Shown piece after piece: positions 49,656 to 58,943 of a stretch of 64,000 nucleotides of DNA. Made by a program: the position numbers and the translations under genes. Within the stretch, counting starts at the first letter, position 1. The number at the start of each line of letters is the position of its first letter. The stretch is taken from NCBI GenBank assembly GCA_965204095.1, contig OZ241991.1, forward strand, positions 703,495-767,494, in the 5' to 3' direction. Source of the DNA: Bryobacterales bacterium (GTDB lineage: Bacteria; Acidobacteriota; Terriglobia; Bryobacterales; UBA6623). The notes under the pieces are model-generated. The model was given only the letters and a program-made list of their open reading frames with translations. It did not search any database and had not been told where the DNA came from.

Positions 49656-50302
49656 GGGGCCTCGCTGACGGCGCGGTCGGCTCTCAAGTACGAGACGCTG
49701 AGGCCGATGGGGTTGACCAGCACGTACTCGGTGGGGACGGTGTCGAGGAAGTGGAAGCGCAGCTCGGCGCTCCATAGCTCGCGTCCCAATTCCGTGCCCC
49801 GGCGCTGATAGATCAAGGTGTAGGTGGCGATGGCGGTGAAGGGCGGCTCCTCCGAAGGCGTGATGCGCAGCGTCAAGTCTTCCATGACGATCTCGGCGGC
49901 CTGGCCGGCGATGACGGCGGCGATGTTCTCCGAGTCGGTGGCGCTGGAAGTCTGCGCAAGCTCGCGGCTCAGAAAGTACAGGCTCCGCGTCCAGGCCTCC
50001 CGCACGCCGCCCCGACGGCGCTCGTAGTGGTCGCGGACGAAGCGGGCCAGGAAGAACTTGGTGACGGGGGAAAGCGGGTCCTTGTCGAACTCGAGCGCCT
50101 CGTAATCGACGACCTCGGCGCGGCCGACGTCATCGACGCGGACGAACAGCGGCTGGGGCTCGTGCCCAGCGCTGCGCAGCCAGCCGATCGAGGTGATGAG
50201 CAGCATGACGATCAGCGCTCCGACGATCCAGCGCAGGGTGCGCGCGGCGGAGGCGTGCGCCGCCCAGGCCTCGGCGAATTCGCGGACGTTCTCTTCGTTC
50301 AT
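49652..50302 (-). CDS. virB8: VirB8/TrbF-like T4SS protein
   Basis: Single TM, P.FVRVDDVGRAE, FL..FV, VNPIGL.VSY. Confidence 0.8.
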   Translation of the reverse strand: MNEENVREFAEAWAAHASAARTLRWIVGALIVMLLITSIGWLRSAGHEPQPLFVRVDDVGRAEVVDYEALEFDKDPLSPVTKFFLARFVRDHYERRRGGVREAWTRSLYFLSRELAQTSSATDSENIAAVIAGQAAEIVMEDLTLRITPSEEPPFTAIATYTLIYQRRGTELGRELWSAELRFHFLDTVPTEYVLVNPIGLSVSYLRADRAVSEAP

Positions 50303-50308
50303 GAAAGG

Positions 50309-51328
50309 TTAACCTCCTGCGGCTTTGCCGGCGACTTTACTCACCGCCGCGCCGCCCTTGACGGCGCCCGCCACGCCCATGGCGGATCCGATGACGCCGC
50401 CTCCCGGCGCTTGTCCGGTCACCAGGCCGCCGGCGATCTCGGGGATCTTGAAGGTGGCCAGCAAGGCGGTGAGCATCGCCAGCACGAAGGTGATGGACCA
50501 GATGATGAACTCGCCGATGCCGGTGCCGGTGGGAGAGGTAAGCTGCTGCAGGGCGGCCGCGATGGAGTCCACGTTGGCACGCTGCTGATATTCGTTGCCG
50601 ACGGCCATGATCAGGCCGATGGTGATGCGGAAAACGCCGGCGGCGATGGCGGCGTAGAGGGTGTAGGTGATCAGCATCCGAAACCAGCTCCAGAACAGGA
50701 AGCTCAACGGTCCGAACACCAGCCAGGGAATGAACAGCGGGCCGATCAGGGTGAGCAGCGAGATGGCGAGCTGCGAGAAGATTACGAAGCTGTAGCCGAT
50801 CAGAACGGTGATCAGGGCCAGAATGGCGGTCGCCGAGATCGCGAACAGGAACATGAGCTGGCGGCTGCCGCTCATGAGGCCGGTGAGCATTCCCAGGCCG
50901 TAGTACTGGGTGGCGTTGTCCGATACCGTGTTCCAGACATTCTTGAGATAGGCTTGCAGCCAGTTCCAGGAGTCGCTGCCGGTGTCGGCGACGATGATGC
51001 CGTTGAGCCAGGCGCCCTGGTTGACGATGATCTGGGGGAAGGTGAGCCCGAGGCCGGGAAACGGCGTGTCGTAGAACTCCAGTATGCCGCGAGGGATCGA
51101 CAGGAAGATGACGAGCCGGACGATCTCCCAGGCGTTCCAGCCTTCGCCGGAGAAGGCGATGCGCAGGCCGGTCCAGGAGACGACGATCGTGGACAGGCCC
51201 AGCCAGAGCGCGTTGCCGGCGTCGAGAAGCGGACTGCTGGCGGTGGCCATGAGCTCGCGGGTCAGGTTGTCGAGAACGAGCTTGAAGTCTCCGGGTTCGC
51301 TGAGGGTCGGTGTGACGGCGAGAAGCAT
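50309..51328 (-). CDS. virB6: VirB6/TrbL-like polytopic T4SS protein
   Basis: Multiple TMs, LIGPLFIPWLVF..LSFLFWSW, KIPEIA.GL, Gly/Ala-rich tail. Confidence 0.8.
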   Translation of the reverse strand: MLLAVTPTLSEPGDFKLVLDNLTRELMATASSPLLDAGNALWLGLSTIVVSWTGLRIAFSGEGWNAWEIVRLVIFLSIPRGILEFYDTPFPGLGLTFPQIIVNQGAWLNGIIVADTGSDSWNWLQAYLKNVWNTVSDNATQYYGLGMLTGLMSGSRQLMFLFAISATAILALITVLIGYSFVIFSQLAISLLTLIGPLFIPWLVFGPLSFLFWSWFRMLITYTLYAAIAAGVFRITIGLIMAVGNEYQQRANVDSIAAALQQLTSPTGTGIGEFIIWSITFVLAMLTALLATFKIPEIAGGLVTGQAPGGGVIGSAMGVAGAVKGGAAVSKVAGKAAGG

Positions 51329-51354
51329 GGATCAGTGAGTGCGCAACGGGCGAA

Positions 51355-52290
51355 TCAGTTCGTGGGAAGCACCGGGGTGTAGAGCGATTGATCGAAGGCA
51401 GCCGCGTCGAAGTTGGATTCATAGTCGGTGATCGAGTCCTGAAGTTCGGTCCGGATGGCCAGGCCCTGCTGCCGAAGCTGCCCCTCGAGGATGGTGCGTT
51501 GATGATCGAGATCTAAAGCGCGTACTTGTGCTCTGAGATCAACTTCGAGCTGTTTCGCGGCAATATCGCGGGTGGAAGAGGCCACCGCGATCTGGCGGTC
51601 GAGCTGTGCGCCGAGCCCCTGGGTGGTTTCGTTGTTCTGGTTGGAAGCGGTGGCTTCGATGGCGCTGAGGAACTCGCCGGCTTCGGCGATGACGATCTGC
51701 GCGTCGTATGAGGCGTTCCGTATTGCTGTACGCCTGGCGGTGGCCTCCCGGTGGGTGTCGAGCACCTGCTGGATCACCGTGCGGTCCTCGCCCGCGTAGG
51801 CGTCCCTCACGTTGGGCAGGGTGGGCCAGGCGTTCTGCTCGTTGGTCCGGCGGTCGTTGAGCTGCGCTTCGACTTGAGTGAGGGAGAAATCGGTGACGAG
51901 CGAGCTGGCGTTTTCCCCGAGCTCGTAGGCGTCGCCGGTCAGGTCGTCCCACACTCCGGTGAGCGTGGCGACCTGCCCCAGCAGGGCGTCCTTGGCCGTG
52001 GTCATTTCGCTCAGCGTGTCGCCTGCCAACCGAACGGTCTCGATCAATTGGGCGACGGCCGAGATATCGATGACGGGCCAGGCGGCCTGTCCGACTCCCA
52101 TCAACAGCAGCGCCATCACGATGAGCAGGCTCAGCCTGCGGCCGCACCTTGGGGGGTGCTGGGGGTCCACCGCATCGGAGATCGCCGCTCCTGCGGCTTC
52201 TGAGCGCGAGTTTTTCTCGGGATCCTCAGCGGATCGGGACGCAACCGGGGAAACGGGGTTGATTCGGTCGGATTCTGTCGGGTGGGTCAT
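51355..52290 (-). CDS. VirB5/TrbJ-like T4SS protein
   Basis: Signal peptide followed by AWPVIDISAVAQ, helical; lies between virB10 and virB6. Confidence 0.65.
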   Translation of the reverse strand: MTHPTESDRINPVSPVASRSAEDPEKNSRSEAAGAAISDAVDPQHPPRCGRRLSLLIVMALLLMGVGQAAWPVIDISAVAQLIETVRLAGDTLSEMTTAKDALLGQVATLTGVWDDLTGDAYELGENASSLVTDFSLTQVEAQLNDRRTNEQNAWPTLPNVRDAYAGEDRTVIQQVLDTHREATARRTAIRNASYDAQIVIAEAGEFLSAIEATASNQNNETTQGLGAQLDRQIAVASSTRDIAAKQLEVDLRAQVRALDLDHQRTILEGQLRQQGLAIRTELQDSITDYESNFDAAAFDQSLYTPVLPTN

Positions 52291-53543
52291 GCAGGCCTCC
52301 TGGGAACGAGAAGATCGGAAACGAAATAGACGCGGATGCGGTGTCCGGCCCGAATGGTGATGGTGGGCAGCCGGTTCAGATAACGGCTCATGATGGCGCT
52401 GGCGGATTCTCCCAGGCTTCGGCCGGCCTCCATCCGCGCGGCCTGACCGGCCGGCACGTTGAAGCCGAAGCTCTGCGTGTTGCGCAGCGTCAGGCCGGAA
52501 ATCACGCCGACCGCGCCGGCCGCGCCGAAGGTGGCGAGGTAGTGGCGGTTGACCTGGTCCTTCAGACCGGCTTCGCCGGCCTGGGAGAGTCCGGCGAAGC
52601 TCATCCGCAGGTTGTAGCCGTCGAAGATCAGGCGGTCGAAGGTGACGCTGAGACGGGCCTGGTCCAACCCCTGCACGGCCTGCGCGCGGCCGACGAAGCG
52701 GGCCCCGCGCGGGATCAGGATGCGCTGGCGGTCGCGCGACCAGAAGGGAGTCGATACGCGGGCGATCGCCGGTCCGGGGGCGTCGCCGCGAATCTGCGTC
52801 ACGAGCACGGCTTCGATCCACTGCCCTCCCTCGATGCGCTCCCAACCGCGAGCGGAAGAGGGCCGCCGGGTGGCGGCGACCAGATCGCTTTCTTCAAGCG
52901 CCCGCTCCGCCGGCGTTGCCGCCGGCTGCGGAGCGGGTTGCGCCGGCGCCAGCTCCGCTGGTTGTGGAGCGGCGGCCGGCGGGGGAGTGGTTTCAGGCTC
53001 GACCAGTAGCGGTATTGCCTGCATATCCTCGGCGCGGAAGCTGAGAGCGACCGGCGAGGACCGCAGGCTCATGTCCTCGCGCTGGATTCTTTCCAGCCGG
53101 ATGCTCTGCTGGAGCTCTTCCTCCGCAGTGAGGTCCTCCTGGCGCGCGGCGGCGATGGCCCTGCGGTTCTCGGCGGCCTCGGCCTCGAGCTCGGCCTGCT
53201 CGCGCAGGAACCGCTCTTCGGCCTGGCGGGCGCGCTCGGCGGCATCGCGCTTGCGGCGCTCGGCTCTCGATTGCTCGATGGCGCGGCGATTGGCGGCGGA
53301 GTCGATCTCCTGATCGCCTCGCTCGACGGCCTCCGGACCGGCCGGCGGCGGCAGCTCCGGCGCGGCGGCCATCTGATCGGGACCGGCTTCCTCGCCGGGA
53401 GCGAGCAGGATCACGACCGCCATCATCAACGCAAGCACGACCACGCCGCCCTTGAACACCAGTCCCCTGGGAGCGGTCCCTTCGGGCTCGGCGACGCGGT
53501 TACTGATCCAGTTCGGAAGAAGGTTGGGGAGCTTGAGTTTCAT
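52287..53543 (-). CDS. virB10: VirB10/TrbI-like T4SS core protein
   Basis: IEAVLVTQI..D.PGP, ILIPRGARF.G, G.AGL.DQVNRHY, LNRLPTITIRAG. Confidence 0.9.
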   Translation of the reverse strand: MKLKLPNLLPNWISNRVAEPEGTAPRGLVFKGGVVVLALMMAVVILLAPGEEAGPDQMAAAPELPPPAGPEAVERGDQEIDSAANRRAIEQSRAERRKRDAAERARQAEERFLREQAELEAEAAENRRAIAAARQEDLTAEEELQQSIRLERIQREDMSLRSSPVALSFRAEDMQAIPLLVEPETTPPPAAAPQPAELAPAQPAPQPAATPAERALEESDLVAATRRPSSARGWERIEGGQWIEAVLVTQIRGDAPGPAIARVSTPFWSRDRQRILIPRGARFVGRAQAVQGLDQARLSVTFDRLIFDGYNLRMSFAGLSQAGEAGLKDQVNRHYLATFGAAGAVGVISGLTLRNTQSFGFNVPAGQAARMEAGRSLGESASAIMSRYLNRLPTITIRAGHRIRVYFVSDLLVPRRPA

Positions 53544-54426
53544 CCTTCACCTTGGGCGTGGCAAGAGAGATGCGGCCGCGAACGAGTTGCGGATCGGGCT
53601 GCGCCGGCGGTTGCTCGCGCCACCACTTCGCGCGCTGCTTGCCGATCTGGAAGTGTCCGTCCTCGAGCACCCGGTTCACGATGAAGAGTCCATCGGGCGT
53701 GAGGTCGTAGGCGACCAGCGAGGGCTTGCCGTCGCGCTCCTCGTACAGCGCCGGCGCTTCCGTGGCATGGCTTCTGACATAGGTGAAGCGGCCGTCATGC
53801 CACATGCCGGCGATCTGGAAGGGGTTCTCGGCGGCCTTCTTGTCGAGGCGGTACTCGAAGCGGATCAGGGTGGGGTAGGTCGAGCGGAACTGGTCGATCG
53901 CCGATTGCATCCGCTGCTCGGCGCGCTCCCAGGCCGTGCGGGCGTTCTCTTCCGCCCGCCGGGCCGCTTCCTGGTACACGGCAACGTCCATGCGGCTGAC
54001 GTATTTGGGTTCATGAAGGACCGGCTTGGTGCTGCCGGGGGCTTCCTCTTCGATCATGGCCGCAGCGTAGTCGATGTAGACGACCAGGTCGGGCTCGGCG
54101 TTCTCGTTCTCGGTGACCTTGAAACTGTAGATGTTGCCGGACTCACAGACCAGAACGATGTTGGTGGTGGCGGCTTCCTCTCCGGGCTTGAGGTAGGCGA
54201 CGTTGGCGGAACCGGTGACGGCCCAGGTGGTGGTGTCGCCGGCGACGTAGTCGAGGATGTTTTCCGAAGGCGGCAGAACGATCACGGTGGTGTGGCGCAC
54301 CCGAGCCTGGATGGGAATGTCCTGAAGCAAATCCTCCAGGTGAATGCGCTTGGCGGCCTCCGAAGAGGCCGCCAGCAGGAGCAGGGAAAGACTCAGAACG
54401 GCGAAGCGTTTCAATCCGAGTGTCAT
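53500..54426 (-). CDS. virB9: VirB9/TrbG-like T4SS core protein
   Basis: Signal peptide, TT.IVLP..ENI, AGD, KP, TNIVL, WHDGRFTY, PALY. Confidence 0.85.
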   Translation of the reverse strand: MTLGLKRFAVLSLSLLLLAASSEAAKRIHLEDLLQDIPIQARVRHTTVIVLPPSENILDYVAGDTTTWAVTGSANVAYLKPGEEAATTNIVLVCESGNIYSFKVTENENAEPDLVVYIDYAAAMIEEEAPGSTKPVLHEPKYVSRMDVAVYQEAARRAEENARTAWERAEQRMQSAIDQFRSTYPTLIRFEYRLDKKAAENPFQIAGMWHDGRFTYVRSHATEAPALYEERDGKPSLVAYDLTPDGLFIVNRVLEDGHFQIGKQRAKWWREQPPAQPDPQLVRGRISLATPKVKDETQAPQPSSELDQ

Positions 54427-54446
54427 AGTCGTGTGACCTTCAGCGA

Positions 54447-56282
54447 CTAGAAGCTGTCGCATCCCGCCGCGAAGGGGTCCTGCTCGCATAGCTCGTCGGT
54501 CTCCTCGGCGTAGCAGTCGATGGCGTCGGCATCGGCCTGGCTCCAGTGCAGAGTCCCATCGCAGGCGGTGTACTGCGGATCATCCTGCGGCCGATCAATC
54601 GTTGGCGGATCACAGCTCACGGCGTCGGCTGCCGCCTGGGTGCTGTGTTTGCCGCCTTTGCAGTCGAAGTATTCGACTTCTGGTGGCTGAGTACAACTCA
54701 CGGCATCTGCAGCGGCCTGGGAGCTGTGCATCGAGCCGTCGCAAGCCTCGTAGGTGTCGGGCGGCTTACCGCCGCCTCCTCCTCCATTACCGCCGCCGCC
54801 TCCTCCTCCACTGCCGCCATTACCTCCGCCGTCACTGTTGTCATCACCGCACAGCCATGAAATCGTGCAGCGGGGAGTCGGTTTGTTTGTCGGACGTGGC
54901 GGGGGGGCGCAGCTGACGGCGTTGGCTGCCGCTCGGGAGGCATGCTTGGAGCCGTCGCAAGCTGTGTAGAGAACCGGTGTGCAACTGACGGCGTTCGCCG
55001 CGCTGCGAGAGGAGTGCTTGGAGCCGTCACAGGCGGTGTAGAGAACCGGTGCGCAGCTGACAGCATTCGCCGCACTGCGCGTGGCGTGCTTGGAGCCGTC
55101 GCAGGCGGTGTAGCGAAGCGGGTTCTGGCGGACCGGGGGGTTCCTGTCGCAGTTGACGGCGTTCGCCGCGCTGCGAGAGGAGTGCTTGGAGCCGTCACAG
55201 GCGGTGTAGAGAACCGGTGCGCAACTGACGGCATTCGCCGCACTACGTGTGGCGTGCTTGGAGCCGTCGCAGGCGGTGTAGCGAAGCGGGTTCTGGCGGA
55301 CCGGCGGCTTGCTGTCGCAGTTGACGGCGTTGGCTGCGGCCCGCGAAGCGTGTTGGGTGCCGTCGCAAGCGGTGTAGAGAACCGGTGCGCAACTGACGGC
55401 GTTCGCCGCGCTCTGTGTAGGGTGCTTGGAGCCGTCGCAGGCGGTGTAGAGGACCGGATTCGGGACGCGCTGGGCCACCACGGGCGGCCCGGGGTCCGCC
55501 ACGCAGTTCGCCGGCAACCCGAAGGTCACGCTCTTGGCACCGAGTCCGCCCCAGCCCCGGACGTAGTTCTCGAATACGCCCATCTCCGCCTTCAGGCTCT
55601 CGGCGCGGCAGGCCGCGACCGTCTCGCGGGATTTCTGCTCGACCTCGCCGGCGCTCGGCGAGTTGGGGTGATGCCGCCGCTTCGCCTTGTTCAACTCGGC
55701 GCGGTAGACGTGATCGAGCGTCCCGGTCCGCAGGTGACTCCCCCAGCGCTCGCCGTAGGCCACGATGTCAGCGCGGTTGTCGTAGCGCTGATCGACCGGG
55801 TCGGGATCGATGGCGGCGGCCGGGATCACCGGCCTATTGCCCGATTGCTCCAGCGTGGACCGCTGCGCCAGGCCGTCCTGTTCCCAGCGGAAGGCTCGCA
55901 GCGTATCGCCGCGCCGCGTCAGCGCCCCGTGCGCCCAGAAGTTGGCCTGGGGAACGTCGCCGCCCCAGTATCGGGCCAGCTCCTCGGCCAATCGCTCGGC
56001 TTCCTCCGATTCGGCCACGGGATGGTCCGACGGGGACCAGTCGGTTTCCAGGTGCTTGACGTGTTCGGGATCGTTCGCCGCGATCTTGGCAAGCTCCTCG
56101 TCGCTCCACCAGGCCGCAAGCCCATCGGCGGGCTCCTTGACAAGAATCCAATAGCCGGATTCCTCCCCCTGGGCGGGAACGTGCTTGAGCGCGATCCAGC
56201 CGGCCGGAATGGCGGCGGCCGTGATGCCCGCCAGGGCCATGAACACAACTACGAATCGAGAGATACTCCGTATGTACGTCAT
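54447..56282 (-). CDS. Membrane-anchored protein with ten Cys/His repeats (YTACDGSKH...AANAVSC)
   Basis: N-terminal TM; ten ~24-aa repeats and a poly-Gly linker; inside the T4SS cluster. Confidence 0.75.
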   Translation of the reverse strand: MTYIRSISRFVVVFMALAGITAAAIPAGWIALKHVPAQGEESGYWILVKEPADGLAAWWSDEELAKIAANDPEHVKHLETDWSPSDHPVAESEEAERLAEELARYWGGDVPQANFWAHGALTRRGDTLRAFRWEQDGLAQRSTLEQSGNRPVIPAAAIDPDPVDQRYDNRADIVAYGERWGSHLRTGTLDHVYRAELNKAKRRHHPNSPSAGEVEQKSRETVAACRAESLKAEMGVFENYVRGWGGLGAKSVTFGLPANCVADPGPPVVAQRVPNPVLYTACDGSKHPTQSAANAVSCAPVLYTACDGTQHASRAAANAVNCDSKPPVRQNPLRYTACDGSKHATRSAANAVSCAPVLYTACDGSKHSSRSAANAVNCDRNPPVRQNPLRYTACDGSKHATRSAANAVSCAPVLYTACDGSKHSSRSAANAVSCTPVLYTACDGSKHASRAAANAVSCAPPPRPTNKPTPRCTISWLCGDDNSDGGGNGGSGGGGGGGNGGGGGGKPPDTYEACDGSMHSSQAAADAVSCTQPPEVEYFDCKGGKHSTQAAADAVSCDPPTIDRPQDDPQYTACDGTLHWSQADADAIDCYAEETDELCEQDPFAAGCDSF

Positions 56283-56394
56283 GAGGGAAATGGTCCCATC
56301 GAATCGGAAATCTGACAAGCCGATTGTGGTAGTTTCGAGGGGCGAGAAAGCGCGGAAAAGGCAACGCCGGCAAGCGCCGGTACGTCTAATTGAT

Positions 56395-57498
56395 ATGTCA
56401 AGGTTCGCCTGGGTTCTGCTGCTGTTGCAGATCGTCGCAGCGCCTCTGTCGGCGCAGGAGTTCAGCGGTCAGGTGGGGCGCATCGACGAGGCGCTGCTCG
56501 GCATCGACTGGTGGAAGCTCCGCCAGGGAGAGTTCCCGATCCTGCCCGTCGAGGGAGTGCGAGTAAGCGTGCTCGACTGCGAGGCTGACTGTCCGGATCC
56601 AGTCCATTCAGATCCGGCCGGCGGCTTCCGGTTCGACGAGCTGGCCTCACCCGCACGGCTGCGCTTCGACCCTCCCGAGTGCGCCGCCGATGATCCGGAG
56701 TGCGAGCCCCTGCAGCCGCGCGAAGTCGAGCGGCAGTCCGGGGCCCGCACCGCGATGGGAGCGAAGTGGCCTGATCTGGTGGTGGACGTGATGCAGCGAT
56801 TCATGCCTTCGGTCGCTGACGCGATCTATGTCAAGCGCGAAGGCGAGATTCCATCAGCTTCAGGCGCGAGCGGAGCCGCGAGCGATGACGTGGTATGGGT
56901 CACCGGCCGTCACGGTTGGGAGCCGTTCCAGGAGTTCACTACTTTCGTTCATGAACTGACCCACGTATTCGAACGTCGATTACGATGGGCCTGCTTGCGA
57001 GAGAATCGGGACATCGACGGCTGGGTGCTGCAGGAAAGCTGGCTCGAAGCCTACGATGCCGACCGCGACCGGCTGGAGAGACTCGGCATGGCATTGCGCG
57101 AACCGGAGGGATACAACCTGACGGGCTACCGGAGAGGGCTCGAAACGCTGGCCTGGTTCGCGGATTTTTATCTCAGACCGGATCACATGGTACTTGAGTG
57201 GCGCAAGGATCATGACTCGCCGCAGTTCATGACCCATGCCGAGTTCGAAGAGTATGCTCCGAATCGGCACGACTGGTTCGAACGCATGCTGTACGGCCGC
57301 AGCATCGAGCGGCGGAGCTACCTGCAAGCGCATCCAGGGGCGACGACCTGGCCGGGGATGTGCGAGCCTCCCGAGCGGATGGCGTGGGCGCTCGACCGGC
57401 TGCCGCCGCTGCCGCAGTTCTCCAAGCAAGCTCTTGACGATCACAAGGTTCCAGCCGGCTTCAAGTGCGGCGCCCTCGATCTGCTCGATCTCTACTGA
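56395..57498 (+). CDS. Secreted protein with a HExxH motif (putative zinc metallopeptidase)
   Basis: Signal peptide MSRFAWVLLLLQIVAAPLSAQE; FVHELTH with a downstream ETLA. Confidence 0.65.
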   Translation: MSRFAWVLLLLQIVAAPLSAQEFSGQVGRIDEALLGIDWWKLRQGEFPILPVEGVRVSVLDCEADCPDPVHSDPAGGFRFDELASPARLRFDPPECAADDPECEPLQPREVERQSGARTAMGAKWPDLVVDVMQRFMPSVADAIYVKREGEIPSASGASGAASDDVVWVTGRHGWEPFQEFTTFVHELTHVFERRLRWACLRENRDIDGWVLQESWLEAYDADRDRLERLGMALREPEGYNLTGYRRGLETLAWFADFYLRPDHMVLEWRKDHDSPQFMTHAEFEEYAPNRHDWFERMLYGRSIERRSYLQAHPGATTWPGMCEPPERMAWALDRLPPLPQFSKQALDDHKVPAGFKCGALDLLDLY

Positions 57499-57668
57499 AC
57501 ATCAAAGCGATCGCTCCGATCGGTTCCCCCAAACGCCGAACCTGCCACCGCCTTTCTCTCTCCCAGCGTGTGGGACAAGGCGGCATGCAGTGACGCCTTG
57601 AGACGACTCGGCGCGGCAGGCCGCGACGAAACCGGAGAGGACTGCCGCGTGCGGCCTCTCCGCTCTCA

Positions 57669-58943
57669 TCAGGGTTTGCGGACGCGCGAACGCGGCTTGC
57701 CGCGTCCTCGAGGAGCAGTCTTGCTGGTGCGATTGTCTCCAGCGGTTGGCTGATCCTGAGCCTTCGCTTTGCGGCGAAGGTAGGCGGCGTGATTATGCTG
57801 TTTGCGTCGGCAGGTCTTGCACAAGGGAGACTGGCTTCCCTTGCCGTTGGAAGGAAGCTCGGCGGAGCACTCGGCGCAAAGCCGGGTTGAGTCGTGCGGG
57901 TTGAGAGCTTGATCCATGATGCGTCTGGCTGCGCTGTCGCCGTTGTCGTCCATCGGCGGCGCTTCCCAAGCAACTGAGCAGTCGTAGTCCTGCCGGTTGC
58001 GGTCGTAGCTGTTGACCTGAAGAACCTGGCGCACGCCACGTCGGCCGTCGAGCGAACGCTGAAGGTGAATGACGTACTGCACCGCGAGCGCCACGTGCTC
58101 GCAGATCACGTCCCACGGCGGGGCTGCATCGGATTGCAGGGCGCAAGTAGCAAGCCGTGTCAAGGCGGCTCGTGCGGAGTTGGCGTGGACGGTGGAGATC
58201 GAACCGCCGTGGCCGGTGTTGAGGGCTTCGATCAGGTCTTGCGCTTCCTCGCCTCGAACCTCCCCGACGATGAGCCGGTCCGGACGGTGGCGAAGAGCAT
58301 GGCGAACGAGTTCGCGAATGGTGACGTTGGGGCCTTCCTCTTCTTTGCGCGAGATCTTGGATTCGAGCCGAAGGCAGTTGGGAGCGGGAATGTGAAGCTC
58401 GCGGGTGTCTTCGATGCAGACGATCCGCTCCTCTTCGTTGATGAGCGAGGCGAACGCGCTGAGCATCGTGGTCTTGCCGGTTCCGGTCCCCCCGGAAATG
58501 ATGATGTTCTCGCGCTGGCTGAGAGCTCTGGAGATGAGAGTGAGGACTTCAGCCGGAATCGATCCGGTCTCGACGAGCTTGGCGGCGGTCCAGGGACGGC
58601 TGCCGAAGCGGCGGATCGAGAGAGCGAAGCTCTCGGTGATCGGCGGGCAGGCAATGGCGACGCGGGAGCCGTCCGGCAGGCGGGCATCGACGATGGGAGA
58701 TTTCCTGTCGGCGTCGAACCCCAGGGGCCGAGCGATGCGCTTGACGAAGGTGTCGATCATCCTCTCGGTGAACACCTCGGCCTTGGGCGCCTTGTCGGTG
58801 TAGACGGGGTAGAGGCAGCCTTCCTTCTCGAACCAGACCGAGTCGGGAGAGTTGATCATCAGCTCGGTGACGGAGGAATCCTCGAACACCTTCCGGAGCC
58901 GCTTGGGAAGGGCGGCCAGCACTACGTCGAGAGACAGGCTCAT
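57669..58943 (-). CDS. virB11: VirB11/CpaF-family ATPase
   Basis: DARLPDGSRV, SIRRF, ISGGTGTGKTT, IEDTREL, LRHRPDRLIVGEVRG, NTGHGGSISTVHANS. Confidence 0.93.
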   Translation of the reverse strand: MSLSLDVVLAALPKRLRKVFEDSSVTELMINSPDSVWFEKEGCLYPVYTDKAPKAEVFTERMIDTFVKRIARPLGFDADRKSPIVDARLPDGSRVAIACPPITESFALSIRRFGSRPWTAAKLVETGSIPAEVLTLISRALSQRENIIISGGTGTGKTTMLSAFASLINEEERIVCIEDTRELHIPAPNCLRLESKISRKEEEGPNVTIRELVRHALRHRPDRLIVGEVRGEEAQDLIEALNTGHGGSISTVHANSARAALTRLATCALQSDAAPPWDVICEHVALAVQYVIHLQRSLDGRRGVRQVLQVNSYDRNRQDYDCSVAWEAPPMDDNGDSAARRIMDQALNPHDSTRLCAECSAELPSNGKGSQSPLCKTCRRKQHNHAAYLRRKAKAQDQPTAGDNRTSKTAPRGRGKPRSRVRKP

